A stretch of DNA of 63,691 nt, the filler included, from Globobulimina sp. (Eukaryota): NCBI GenBank assembly GCA_003354225.1. It is 35 parts of 35 records of this genome, joined end to end, with 100 filler letters (N's around TTAATTAATTAA, not from the genome) between each part and the next. Parts side by side here need not be neighbours in the genome. Positions count along the whole stretch, not along the records: positions 32,823 to 34,545 come from PIVH01012699.1; positions 34,646 to 36,367 come from PIVH01012700.1; positions 36,468 to 38,189 come from PIVH01012701.1; positions 38,290 to 40,011 come from PIVH01012702.1; positions 40,112 to 41,833 come from PIVH01012703.1; positions 41,934 to 43,655 come from PIVH01012704.1; positions 43,756 to 45,477 come from PIVH01012705.1; 28 more parts are not named here. One strand, written 5' to 3'. The first letter of the stretch is position 1. Each line of letters opens with the position of its first letter. Below the pieces are notes generated by a model, which did no database searches, was not told the DNA's origin, and saw nothing but the letters and a program-made list of their open reading frames with translations. Positions 33,349-45,577 of the stretch are shown here, in pieces. The translations under genes were made by a program, and so were the position numbers.

Positions 33349-34143
33349 ATGGATACTAAAGCCGAAGAATTGGCAGAACTAACATCAACTGCAGAAGAAG
33401 CGAAAGTAATTACAATTCCAACCAAACGTTATGATGCTAAAAATAAAGGAATTAAAAGAAACACAAGCAACAAACCGTTATCTCAATTTCCAGAACGTGT
33501 CCCTGTATCAATGAGTCAAATACGAAGCAAGTCAGCTTTAATTGTTGACGAATTGAAACAGAATGAGCAAGAAACGTGTGCTAAATGTTTAGATTCAAAA
33601 TTTTGCAATTTCATATGGGCGCTATTGGCAATATTTTTTATTTCAGTGACATTTATGACACCCATTGCATCAATGATTGGAGGATGGAAAATACATAAAG
33701 TGTGGGATAACCATAATGAAGCAACAATTAATGCGCAATGCGATGATAAATACGGATCAATGGTATACAGTGGAACGGATTTAGGGGTTCATGCATATAC
33801 CGCGTTCATTTTTGGTATTGTTGATTTTCTATTATTATTGGGTCAATGCACGTGTTTGTATGGTTACCTCTATCGTGATTTTGTTGACATGGATCGAAAT
33901 GTGTGCAGTTTGTTCGCCGGTGTTAGGTTGTTTTTTATTGTGGTTTGGTTGATCTATGCTTCGTATATGTTTGATTCTGCGCGTGTGCTTGATGCACATT
34001 GTGATAAAAATGGAACATTTTATAAGGATATGTATGATATATTTGTTTGGTATTTGCCTATTATGAGCATAGAAGTGATAAAAACGTCTATCTTGTTTTT
34101 TGTGGCCGGTCTTGGTTGTTGTATTTTGTGTTGCATCGTGTAG
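33349..34143 (+). CDS. 4-TM hypothetical membrane protein
   Basis: Complete ORF with four hydrophobic helices and a Cys-rich C-terminus. Confidence 0.65.
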   Translation: MDTKAEELAELTSTAEEAKVITIPTKRYDAKNKGIKRNTSNKPLSQFPERVPVSMSQIRSKSALIVDELKQNEQETCAKCLDSKFCNFIWALLAIFFISVTFMTPIASMIGGWKIHKVWDNHNEATINAQCDDKYGSMVYSGTDLGVHAYTAFIFGIVDFLLLLGQCTCLYGYLYRDFVDMDRNVCSLFAGVRLFFIVVWLIYASYMFDSARVLDAHCDKNGTFYKDMYDIFVWYLPIMSIEVIKTSILFFVAGLGCCILCCIV

Positions 34144-34647
34144 TCGATTGTACTTTCTATTATGTTCGAAAAAGGTTAACAACAGTCCAAAAAAGAAAAA
34201 AACAGGTAAAAATTAATAAGTCACAAAAAAGCATAACTACTCATCGAAAAACGACAAAAAAAATAAGTCAAACAATTCACATAAAAAAACTAAGTAATAA
34301 ATTAAACCAAATCAAAATGTTTAGACAATTTCTTTAAAATTAAGTAACGAATGTTCTATTAATCAAAATGCAACGGTTCTTTTAATATATCGACATTTTT
34401 TAATTGTCGCGCTTCGTCATATTTGACTAACAATTTCAAAGCACCATAAATGCTACAAATCTGATGTAATTCTTGATCAATTTCCGAAATCTGCGCGACT
34501 AACAACATTGCATTGTATTGAATGGCCGCATGTTTGGTCTTCATCNNNNNNNNNNNNNNNNNNNNNNNNNNNNNNNNNNNNNNNNNNNNTTAATTAATTA
34601 ANNNNNNNNNNNNNNNNNNNNNNNNNNNNNNNNNNNNNNNNNNNNCC

Positions 34648-36156
34648 TTGATCGCCGAGATGATGGCCGCCGAACTATGCGCGGTCTGTAAACGCAACCA
34701 AGGCTTCGGGCTGCCGTGCGGCGACAATGTGTGCGGGCAATGTGCCAAAAAGTACCTATTGTCGGGCATCGCCACTATGAAATGGAAGAAGCAGGCTTTG
34801 GTCTGTCCCGGTTGCCAGAAAGGAACCATTCCGAGCTGGATCTTGAAAGAATGCGGCATCGGCGTGGATATGCAAAAGAAGTTGGAGGAGATGCAAAACA
34901 AATACATGATCGACAACGATCCGACCATCACTTCGTGCCCCAAATGCTCGCGGACGTACGGCACGGAACAGGGCGACATGGCGGTGGTGTCCATCAGCAA
35001 CGAAAAGGGCCCCAATGGCAAGAACCTGTCGTATGCGCACAAAATGCACAAAACCAAATATCGCTTTCGTTGCAGTTACGGTGGCTGTAAGGCGGTATTT
35101 TGCAGCGGCTGTTATAGCGTGCCATACCATATCGGCTATACCTGCGATGAGTATAAATCGTACCGCGACAGCAAGAAATGCCGCTTTTGTGAGACGCAGC
35201 TCGGCGCCGACAACACGGCGCAGAATGACATCACACTGAAGTCGGGTTTGGACAATGTGTGCTCGAATGCGGAGTGTCTGGAGAAGCGGCGTTGGAGTTG
35301 CGACCTCAAACACGATGGCTGCGGCCATAATTGCATCGGCTTGATGGGGCATTCTTGCATCAAATGCCTGTCGCCGCAGTGCGTGGGCAAAGGCTCCGAG
35401 ATCAATGACGAAGAATATTGCAATATATGTTGGGTGGACCCTTTGTTCGCAGCGCCCTGCGTCAAGTTGGCGTGTAAGCATTACTTTCATTTCATGTGTT
35501 TGTGGCAGAAGATCGATAAAAAGTGGCCGGCGGCCCGGATCACGTTTGGTTTCTTGAATTGCCCGCTGTGTAAGAAGCAAATCCATCATCCGGCGCTGGA
35601 CGACATCACCAAGAAATATTACGATTTGAAGGCGGAGATCCAAAAGGACGCGATTGAGAGGGTCAAGATTGAGGGCTTGCAGCACGACAAACGGATGAAG
35701 GACGCCAACAGTCCGTATTATAACAACTTGCCCAAGTACGCGTTGGACCGCTTGGCCTTTTATCCGTGTTCCAAGTGCAAGAAGCCGTATTTCGGCGGCA
35801 TGAAAGCGTGCGAAGAGGCGGGATTGGAGATGGCGGAGAATTATAAGAGCGAGCATCTTGTCTGCGGCTCGTGTGCCAGTGGCCCGAATGCGAAGTCGTG
35901 CAAGAAACACGGCAAGAAATATATTACGTATAAGTGTAAATTCTGTTGTAGTGTGTCGTCGTGGTATTGTTGGGGCAGTACGCATTTCTGTGATAAGTGT
36001 CATAAGAAGCAAGAACAAGGCGATTATTTGAATCGGAGGCCGATCAGCGAGCTCCCTAAGTGTCCGGGAGTCGATAAGTGTCCGTTGGAGATTGAGCATC
36101 CCGCCAATGGCACGGCGGAGTTTTCTTTGGGATGTGTTGTTTGTTTAAGGAGATAG
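34648..36156 (+). CDS. E3 ligase with RING/IBR-like N-terminal part and MYCBP2(PHR)-type RING-Cys-relay C-terminus, 5' partial
   Basis: KWPAARITFGFLNCPLCK, YPCSKCKKPYFGGMKAC, YKCKFCCSVSSWYCWGSTHFC and CPLEIEHP...FSLGC match the MYCBP2 C-terminus. Confidence 0.88.
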   Translation: MIAEMMAAELCAVCKRNQGFGLPCGDNVCGQCAKKYLLSGIATMKWKKQALVCPGCQKGTIPSWILKECGIGVDMQKKLEEMQNKYMIDNDPTITSCPKCSRTYGTEQGDMAVVSISNEKGPNGKNLSYAHKMHKTKYRFRCSYGGCKAVFCSGCYSVPYHIGYTCDEYKSYRDSKKCRFCETQLGADNTAQNDITLKSGLDNVCSNAECLEKRRWSCDLKHDGCGHNCIGLMGHSCIKCLSPQCVGKGSEINDEEYCNICWVDPLFAAPCVKLACKHYFHFMCLWQKIDKKWPAARITFGFLNCPLCKKQIHHPALDDITKKYYDLKAEIQKDAIERVKIEGLQHDKRMKDANSPYYNNLPKYALDRLAFYPCSKCKKPYFGGMKACEEAGLEMAENYKSEHLVCGSCASGPNAKSCKKHGKKYITYKCKFCCSVSSWYCWGSTHFCDKCHKKQEQGDYLNRRPISELPKCPGVDKCPLEIEHPANGTAEFSLGCVVCLRR

Positions 36157-36467
36157 ATGTCCACATAAATATTAATAAGTATTTTAGTTTTTTTTTTCTT
36201 TTTTTTTTGTTTTTTTGAATTGATCCATATTGCATTTATTGACAGGTTTTGCTCCAAAGGTTTTCACAGGTTTTGCTATCACTATTGAGCCGAGGATTTT
36301 TGCTCATGGGGAAATATGGATCCCCAGACAGCCAAAAATACACCAAAATGATCGCCTCGATCTCTACNNNNNNNNNNNNNNNNNNNNNNNNNNNNNNNNN
36401 NNNNNNNNNNNTTAATTAATTAANNNNNNNNNNNNNNNNNNNNNNNNNNNNNNNNNNNNNNNNNNNN

Positions 36468-38189
36468 ATCGACGATATCGCCATACTAAGCGATACATTG
36501 CCGGAGCATCTAAAACATATAAAAATAGTGTTTGAGCGCATAAAGAAATATAATATAAAACTGCGAATTGATAAATGCTTATTTGCAGCGCAGGAAACTG
36601 AGTATTTGGGCTATTATGTGAATAAATATGGTTATCGCCCAACAACCAAATATAAAGAAAAGGTAATAAACATACCGGAGCCGCGCAGCCGGGCACCAAC
36701 ACAACTATTCCTTGGATTGGTGGCCTATTTACACAAATTTATACCGGACCTACACCAAATCGCCAAGCCATTATACAAATTGCTTGAAACTGATGAGCCA
36801 TTGGCTATGACTCCGGCCGTAAAAAGGCTTTCAATGCACTAAAATTGATGATCCATAAAGCCGACATACTGATACATCCGGACCCGACTCGCGAAGTGCA
36901 TTTGTTCTGCGATGCGTCCATAAATGGCATAGGTGGCGTAGTGGGCCAATACGACGAATCAAATATCTTTCGGCCCATTGCATTCGCTTCGAAATCATTC
37001 ACCAAAACGTAGCAGAATTGGCATGTGAGCGAGCAAGAGGTCTTCGCGGTGATTTATATGGTTGAAAAGTGGAGGTATTTGTTGGTCGGACGCCATTTTA
37101 CGGTCCATACGGACCACAAGAATTTACAGGAGCTCTTCAACTGAGCCAAGAATTTCCGCGCCGGGAAACTCTATCGATGGGCCGTACGATTGCAAGAATA
37201 CGACTTTACGGCGGTATATATCCCTGGTTATGACAATATAATCGCTGATTATTTGTCACGTAATGGATTGCATAAAGAGCATACCGAGGAAGGCGTGGTG
37301 GTCGAAGATACGTCAAAATATGCAGATGAAGGCGTAATAATTGATGAGAGCAGAGAGCAGCGCAAAATCGCAACCCATGACATAACCACATTGTATTTGA
37401 ACCATTTAAGTAGACAAATCATTACCGGCAGCTTCATGGACACAAATGATTTCCTCGACATCGATTTATTTCATACGCATAACCCTCTGCCACGACGCCA
37501 GAAAATAATGCATGAATTACATAAAAATCCGCGAGCAATAAAATTAAATCCGACTCATTCGACCGGATTAACGACATTAAATGGACAAAATCGACGGAAT
37601 GCGCAACATAATACGAGTGATTTTGATGAGTTTCATCACCAAATCACCTCAGAATACCCCGCAAAATCGCATAATACGAATAATTTGCATGGATCAATCG
37701 GCTCAAATCCCATCGCAAATTCGCATAATTACTTAACTGACATTGCACAAATTGATTCAAACCACGATGAAATGGGTTTAAATCACGATAGAATGGTCCC
37801 GGAACACGAATCATGATCTATTTAATCCAGATTACGTAGATCCGGACCATTACGAATCGCGACATTCGCCGAATTTACATAAATTAAACGAGAATAATGA
37901 GATAAATGAGTCATCCAATTCGCAGATTGATATCGATTCATTGGATGGCTTCGACGATTGCAGTGATTCAGACCACGATGGTTCTGATCACATTCTTAAC
38001 GGCGCGGGTTTCGAGGCTGATTATGATGAATCGAGCCAATGTACGACAGATCTTGACATATCAATGGAATATATGACAGATCCAAGACCACCGACGCCAC
38101 GGCGCCATGACAGAGGTAAAAGAGAACAGGAAAGTGGTTTTTTGGCTGATGAATTGTTGCAAAAACTTCAAGAGTGGCGAGTCTTCGCG
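36468..38189 (+). mobile_element. Degenerate Ty3/Gypsy pol (RT C-terminus and RNase H)
   Basis: IDDI at the contig start, KCLF...YLGY, FLGLVAYLHKFIP, LFCDAS, RPIAFAS, EQEVFAV, VHTDHKNL, RWAVRLQEYDF, NIIADYLSR. There is a frameshift at ~36818 and in-frame stops TAG 37010 and TGA 37142. Confidence 0.92.
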
Positions 38190-38492
38190 NNNNNNNNNNN
38201 NNNNNNNNNNNNNNNNNNNNNNNNNNNNNNNNNTTAATTAATTAANNNNNNNNNNNNNNNNNNNNNNNNNNNNNNNNNNNNNNNNNNNNAAATGCACATG
38301 ATTGAAAAAAAAACTTAAGCTAAATTTAGTATTGTTTATGAAAATTATTTATATTTTTGATTCTAAAATTACAACACATCACACAATCAACACAGAAAAA
38401 TGCAAGAAAATGCAACACTAATAAAAAGAATCAAAATTGCTGTCATTATTTATAATTATTATAATTAGAAATACAACTATTTATAAATTTAT

Positions 38493-39905
38493 TCATTTAT
38501 CCATCTCTTTGGCATCGTCATCTAATGCTTGTTTTGGTACAGCCATCGGAGAAGACACTGATTTTGGTGACATAGGAAACTCCATAAACCGCGTCAATGT
38601 CTTTGGTAATGGCGGCAAATTGCTCTTTGGCAACATATAGGTACTCAAATTCAATAAATCCACAAACACTTTGTGATGAACAGCAGTGGTCCTCAAATAG
38701 TGATAGCCGGAAGAACCACCGGTCCCCATCTTGCTGCCCAACATACGATGCACCATCAAAGCATGGTCGTTTCTCCACTGCGCCAAAATCTGTTCCATAT
38801 CCATGGTCAACTCCAACACACGAAAAGGCCTAAAAACACAAATAAATACAAATTTAATATATATATAAAACACACAGACATTTGTAATTGCGGCTCCTCT
38901 CTGTATAGCATAATCATTAAGGCAGCTTTCATGGCCGTGTACGATATCCGAATCTTGCCATTTTTGCGTAATTCCTCATACCGTTTCTCATCAAAAATAC
39001 CATTAAAAGTCTCCGTGCTTTTCGCCGCATTTTCCTCTAACTGCTTCTTCATATTTTCATCCATTGCGACATGACTTGAATACAATTGCTTCTCTGTCAA
39101 AATATACTCTTTGACCGCAGTCTTATATTCTTTCCAAAAGCACCAAGCTCCGGAAGCACTGCGTAAATATGGAAACCTCTCCAACCATCTTTGCACCACC
39201 TTTTATATTTAAATAAATTGTATAATATTCATATTAAAAATAAATTAAATATATACAAACATCAAATAATGTCTTTTCTTGGTTTGCTTTGCATTTAGTT
39301 GCAATTAACTCTTCCTCCGTCTTTCTGAGTCCCTTTGTGATATTTTTCCTCATTCTCTGCTTCTTCTCCAAACCCAACTTATTTTCTAAAATACGAAACT
39401 GCCACGACTGGAAACCCGACGCTGGTTTCAAATATTTACGGAAATCCAAATAATTCATTGGAGTCATCGTATCCAAAATGCCCCATTGCATCACCAATAA
39501 TTTTAAGATTTTATTGATGCGTTGCAAGCCATACACAATTTTCAATAACTGGCGATCTTCCAACACCTCGTCAGCATGGCCAAAACACGCAGTTATCGCA
39601 TCCAATTCGTACAAGACCTGTTTGAACCATATCTCGTACGCCTGATGGATGGTTATGAATAAATGTTCGTCGTGCGATGCTTTCCCGGCGTATTGAGCGG
39701 AACGGGGCTCATTTGCGTTTAAGATTTTGTCCAATTGCAAATAATCATGATAGTAACAGTCTGTATATTGCTCATCTGACTGCTTATAATCACCATCTAA
39801 GTACGGACAACCGGTGCTCGCTGCTGCTGCTGCTTTCGTTGCTGCTTTGGGTTTCACCGTCTGTTTTTTATCATCCTCATCAAATGTTTCTATCAAGTTG
39901 TCCAT
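38493..39905 (-). CDS. TDO2: Tryptophan 2,3-dioxygenase, complete, 3 exons
   Basis: YHDYLQLDKIL, HDEHLFITIHQAYEIWFKQ, PASGFQSWQFR, MVHRMLGSKMGTGGSSGYHYL. Introns at 39260-39200 and 38879-38830. Confidence 0.95.
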
Positions 39906-40626
39906 GCTTTAATTATATAATAAAATATCTTACTACTGCTTCGACCAAAAAGATGGAAAATAATGAGCAATTGCAACAGGGACTGATACAAAAAAGTGAG
40001 GTGCGACAGCCNNNNNNNNNNNNNNNNNNNNNNNNNNNNNNNNNNNNNNNNNNNNTTAATTAATTAANNNNNNNNNNNNNNNNNNNNNNNNNNNNNNNNN
40101 NNNNNNNNNNNGTTATATCAGCAACTTATTACAAAACATGAATTATCAAAATTTGAGATTGTGTTTGGGTGCTTTGCGTTATGTGGATCTTTGTGCGCTG
40201 TCTATAATCATATTGAAAGACATTTGTATGAAAATAAATATGATTTTATAATTTCTGAATCAATGCATAAAATATGGAGGACCAAATTGATAGCACAACA
40301 ACCATTTTCCCAGCAACAATTACTTTTTATTATATTACAACGAAAGCGACTTTATTTAATGATAACATTGTACCTTCGACAAAGTATAAAATGTTGTTAT
40401 GGTCAGTATCTCGAATGATATTTGGAATTTATACCTTTTTTAAAATTGACAGAAGAAAACAAGAGAATAAATTTGAGATATTTGAATGTATTGATCATGT
40501 ATTAGGAGCGATACATTTTATGATTATACAAAATATGAGCTAATATGAGCTAATACGTTCAGTTAATAAATGCAAACATTAGAGTTTCTGTTTTTGTATA
40601 ATTCAGTTCAGCTAAATGTAAATTAA

Positions 40627-40730
40627 AGTCACCTATTGAGCTAATTTATTGTGGTGAGCGATTAGCTCCAAAAGTTGAAGTCCGATCACCAAAAAGAAAA
40701 TTAGCTCAATAGTTAATTGTGTCTGCAGTG
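40627..40730 (-). mobile_element. Copy of the CACTGCAG MITE family (one end degenerate)
   Basis: The reverse complement aligns with 53301-53390. It ends GTCTGCAGTG and has an internal 15-bp IR CTATTGAGCTAATTT / AAATTAGCTCAATAG. Confidence 0.8.
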
Positions 40731-40873
40731 AATATGTAAGATTTACAAAGAAAAAGTGAATTCCAAACAGAACTTGATAACATGACATTATTTTATAACT
40801 TATAAATGGATATGATACGTGTCCTTTAGTTGTCAAACTTGTATTTAATATGAAAAACAAATTAATCAACACA

Positions 40874-41833
40874 TCAGTTCATATTTCTTGTGGGTGAATT
40901 ATTTGATATACATCTGTCCAATTCACGATGTTGCATTGATGAATGTTTCTGTCCGTCCATAAGCAATAACATTCCACAAACTATTAAACATAAACCAAAT
41001 ATAAAGAAAACCAAATTTAAGGTTGAAAAAGTCGCAAAATTATGAAAATAAGCAGCAGAAATTGCAATTGTTGTCAATATCAATAAACTGTTAAAAATAG
41101 GAATTACCAGAATGGCATCATACAATCTCATTATCTCCGAAACTAAATACAACTCGAAACCCAACAGAACAGCAAGTAATATGACAATAATAAATGGTGG
41201 AACTGACGTAAATTGATTGTCATTCATAAACATCGATTCCCATAATAAGTCAGCTGATATTTTGCCTAACATTTGCACCCAGGCACATACGCCCGATGTC
41301 GTAAACGATAAAAGAAAGCATATCAACACATGGAAAAATTCATTCTTTGCGTCTATTGTTTCAAATATAGATCTTGAAGAGCCCGATGCGATGGATTTGT
41401 TATCATCTTCTACGTTGATACGCATTTGGCCGATGGTATGAGCCCTATTTTGTGTCGAATGCAATACAAAATATATACCAATTATGCCGAATAGCAGACA
41501 AATTGACACGTGCAAAACAGTAAAGATAATAAATTTCTTTGTGTGCGCGTATTTGAATAACGATTTTAATGTTATTTCGTCAGATTCGTGTTGTCCAAAT
41601 ACGACACACAAAATGCATCCAATGAGAATAAGGATGCTGCCAATAACTCCAATCATTGTTAATTTTTCTTTAAAATAATAGTTGGCCAAAAATACATTTA
41701 TTATAATGCATAATGAAGATATTGGAGAGATAATATTTAACGAAGCAAACATGTATGACGAAAATTTGAACAATGCATTCAGTAAATACATTACAAATCC
41801 TATCCACCATCGGATTCTGAGTTTATGAGAATA
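40874..41833 (-). CDS. NIPA-family Mg2+ transporter, 5' partial
   Basis: WWIGF, SYMFASLNIISPISSLCIIINVFLA..FKEKL, YDAILVIPIF. Confidence 0.85.
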   Translation of the reverse strand, partial: YSHKLRIRWWIGFVMYLLNALFKFSSYMFASLNIISPISSLCIIINVFLANYYFKEKLTMIGVIGSILILIGCILCVVFGQHESDEITLKSLFKYAHTKKFIIFTVLHVSICLLFGIIGIYFVLHSTQNRAHTIGQMRINVEDDNKSIASGSSRSIFETIDAKNEFFHVLICFLLSFTTSGVCAWVQMLGKISADLLWESMFMNDNQFTSVPPFIIVILLAVLLGFELYLVSEIMRLYDAILVIPIFNSLLILTTIAISAAYFHNFATFSTLNLVFFIFGLCLIVCGMLLLMDGQKHSSMQHRELDRCISNNSPTRNMN

Positions 41834-41933
41834 NNNNNNNNNNNNNNNNNNNNNNNNNNNNNNNNNNNNNNNNNNNNTTAATTAATTAANNNNNNNNNNN
41901 NNNNNNNNNNNNNNNNNNNNNNNNNNNNNNNNN

Positions 41934-43597
41934 GATGCATTTTGTTCCAATGCTGGATTACTCATTTTTTGATATCCATCATTGACGGAAGTTTCTTCGA
42001 CCATGACTTGACGAACAATGGCTTGTCTTTTATTACTTTGTATCCATGTTTCGCTTTCAAGCACAGATATGTCCTCTTCAGCTAAATCCTCAATATATTT
42101 AGAAAATTCATGCTCTGCATTCAATCGTTTGTATTTGCCCTGAAACAGTAACATTGCGAACAACATCACGCAGCCGTTTATCACTAGAAAATATGTGCTA
42201 AAATTCCATTGATTATCGTATGTTTGGTCAGAATCTGGTAATTGTGAGCCCCAAATTAAAATATATACGATGCCAAACAATGAACCAGATGCCATTAGTA
42301 ACGCAGATGATAATTCTTCATTTGCTGGATATGTACACTCCGCTCCGCATTGAAACGTTACCGCCACAATTGGCAGTGCATTGAAACCAAATATACCAAA
42401 TATTAAAGTCACCATTCCTAAATTATGTGCTTTTAACTGCCATAACAAAAATAACAATGCAGTACAGGTTAAAAATGTAAATATTTTTAATATTGTCCTA
42501 TATGAACGAAACACCTCCATACATATTCCCGCTACGACGGCTCCCAATATACCTCCGCCAATTAATAATCCTCCAAAATTGCCAGCATCGTCGGTGCTGT
42601 ATCCAAAAGCAGCGGTATATTGATTTATTAATGTTGTTAATGCATTAAATAAACCCAAACCAATACCGAATCCACATAATAAAAAAAAGAATTGTTTATT
42701 TTTCATAATTTGAATCAAATCATATTTTAAACTTCGTTTGATTCCGGATGAATGTTTCAGTTTTTGTGAGACTGACGGAGAGCTGGGAGGTTTGTCGAAA
42801 AACAATCCCAACATCAATACAAATCCTATGCCACAGATTATTAATTCTAAGAACATAATACCACTGAATCCATTCCAATGATTTCCATCTGTGCTAACAA
42901 AGAATGTTGGAATAAATGAGCCCAATCCGATGCCTGATCGATATTGTTAAATAATGCATTGGATTGGCATGGACAATACCTAAAGGATTAATTATTGCCA
43001 ATATTGCAGTTGCAACATCGCGCCCATCTTCGCCGAACCATTCGGCTGCAATTCTTGCGGGCGAATTGGTATAAAATGGTTGACATAACGCTGCAATGGA
43101 TTGACCAATCAACACTAAAATGTAGGATAAATATTTGCTTTCATTCCATGTTGAACAACGTATAAAATGTAATGTTGCAACAAAACGAAAAATGGAACCA
43201 ACCAATTGAGCAAAACTTGAAAATATAAAAGATTTTCGCAAATAATACTTATTAAACATCCATGCACATAGTAAGGACCCCGGTACATACAGCATCATAA
43301 AGACCATTGAATACATGTTTATGGCGCCTTGCGATACATTAAAATATTGCGCCGCGGTGCTTTGTATTGGAGCAAATGTGATCCACATCATTGCATTACA
43401 CGTGCTGTTGATTATAATTAATACAATACATATATACAAATTGTGTAAGATATAATTATTGCATACCTGTTAAATGCAAATGCAATGCATACTAAATATC
43501 TTCGTTTATATGTTTTCAACTCATGTTTGTTCACTATATTGTCGCCATTAACCTTTTTGCCCGCTAATTGAGGAGAGCTCTTCAATGAATGAGCCAT
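41934..43597 (-). CDS. MFS transporter, SLC49 (FLVCR/MFSD7-like), 2 introns, 3' partial
   Basis: YKRRY, NAMMWITFAPI, GQSIAALCQPF...ARIAAEWFG..GRDVAT, AECTYPANE. Confidence 0.88.
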
Positions 43598-44739
43598 GTT
43601 GTTCAACTTTGAAATATAACTTAACGATACAAAAAGATAAACCTGTCCCCTGGTCNNNNNNNNNNNNNNNNNNNNNNNNNNNNNNNNNNNNNNNNNNNNT
43701 TAATTAATTAANNNNNNNNNNNNNNNNNNNNNNNNNNNNNNNNNNNNNNNNNNNNATATATTATCCGCTTTGCGTTTCCGCACTTCTAAAAACTGTTCCA
43801 TAAACTCACTACATCTCACGTTGACATTTCCGCAATGATTGTTCCATAAAACATAGCAAAAGCGCCACACTTCTATTCCGCAAAAATGTGCCTGTGACAG
43901 CGAACTAATACACTGCGTCAATATATATTCAATAGATCGCTCATTTCCCATCTCCTCATACTCAGAAATCATATTTTCATCAAATGTATCATATTCACAT
44001 TGATTTATGCCATGAGTTGATATCATATTCAATTGAATATCTTTGTTCACGTGGCAAATGCATAAATTTGAGGTATTCTTTTCGTTATTTGAACCTGAAT
44101 CTTATGGATCCATCCATCCATCCATGCTCTTCTTGAGCTAAGCGATAATAATATGGGTTGGGCATGGTGTGACCTTTTCAAACTGAACGGATACATTATG
44201 GAGCTGTTCGAAAAGTTTTTGAAAAATTCAGTACATATCGGAAAGCCCTAATGGTTGTTCTTCTTTGTTTAAATAAATCTTAAAATAAAATAATTAGTGT
44301 AAAAATAAAATATCAGTTTTTTTCCTTAGAAAATAGATTTTTACGATAAAGCTAAGATAGGACAATAAGCTAAACAAAAGATTGAATTAAAAACCTATAT
44401 TTGTAGAATTAGTGTATATCCAAAGTGACTGCCTTGAGTATAATAATAATTTTGTTGGTGTGATACTTGATTTCCTAAATTAACAATATAGGAAAAAAAA
44501 TGGGGGTGGGGGTTATCTTCTGGAATATATCGTTAAGTTGGCACATGACTGAACTTGAATGGTATACACAAATTTACATTTATGTATTGAATCATCTTAA
44601 TCGGTTTCCAATAATTAATATCAACAGGAAAAAGCAACCAATTAATTTAAAAAGCAACTGACACAAAACAAACCCGGCAACAACAAAAAAGCAAACAATT
44701 AAATTAAAGAAACATGCACATTGCACAAATATACGTATA

Positions 44740-45477
44740 TCACTCACGATAATCATCCTTGTTTTTGATCCATTCTGGAGTTTGAAATTTAGTTTCAATG
44801 TGACAATGTATTTTACAACCTGTAAATACAAAACATAGAGCGGAATAAAATGATTTTGAATTTCTAATAATTTGGACATGATTTATGAATATTAATATAA
44901 TCACAAATATGACTAGACACGAATACCAATACCATTCAATTTCTTTTAATACATTAATTCCGTTAGTCACAGTATGGGAAAGCTCAAAGGTCCAATAAAA
45001 TCCATAAAACGAGGCCCAAAATGCAATAATTAATACCATCACTAATGTATAATATAAATATTGTTTAATTAATGGCAATCCATCACCTTCAAAATAGCCA
45101 TTTACATCTTTATCCTTATTCTTCTTTTCTTGATAAATCAACCAATTTTTGTCCACCGCCTTTGGAATATATGCTCGAAATTCTCCATAATGTATCTCTC
45201 GAACCTTACATAAATCATTTAAATATTTTTGATATAAATCTAATCGTTTTTGAGCATCTTTTGATTTGTCTCTGTTTTTAGTATATTTCTGATGAATAAC
45301 TTCAACCTCATCATACAACACAAACTCACTAAATTCATCACAAACATTATCCACATTATTCCCTAAGTTAAATACATCACTTTCCCATCCATTCATGGTC
45401 GGGAAATAACCAAATTCTTTGTTAAAATATTGCATCATCTGCCATTTTTCCCTACTTTTCCAATATTTTTCTCCCAG
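44740..45477 (-). CDS. Hypothetical membrane protein, 5' partial
   Basis: ORF of >230 codons with two TM helices. Confidence 0.5.
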   Translation of the reverse strand: MGEKYWKSREKWQMMQYFNKEFGYFPTMNGWESDVFNLGNNVDNVCDEFSEFVLYDEVEVIHQKYTKNRDKSKDAQKRLDLYQKYLNDLCKVREIHYGEFRAYIPKAVDKNWLIYQEKKNKDKDVNGYFEGDGLPLIKQYLYYTLVMVLIIAFWASFYGFYWTFELSHTVTNGINVLKEIEWYWYSCLVIFVIILIFINHVQIIRNSKSFYSALCFVFTGCKIHCHIETKFQTPEWIKNKDDYRE

Positions 45478-45577
45478 NNNNNNNNNNNNNNNNNNNNNNN
45501 NNNNNNNNNNNNNNNNNNNNNTTAATTAATTAANNNNNNNNNNNNNNNNNNNNNNNNNNNNNNNNNNNNNNNNNNNN

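Noticed and set aside
34756..36099. 447-aa antisense ORF over the MYCBP2-like gene
   Set aside because: It is a codon-aligned shadow of a GC3-rich gene and has no protein motifs.
40112..40543. Overlapping ORFs suggesting a -1 shift near CCATTTTCCC
   Set aside because: There is no recognisable homology to show that the two frames belong together. A pseudogene or error is as likely.
43756..44240. Coding-like minus-strand segment with several stops
   Set aside because: It has multiple stops and no motif; at most a decayed pseudogene, and not supportable as a feature.
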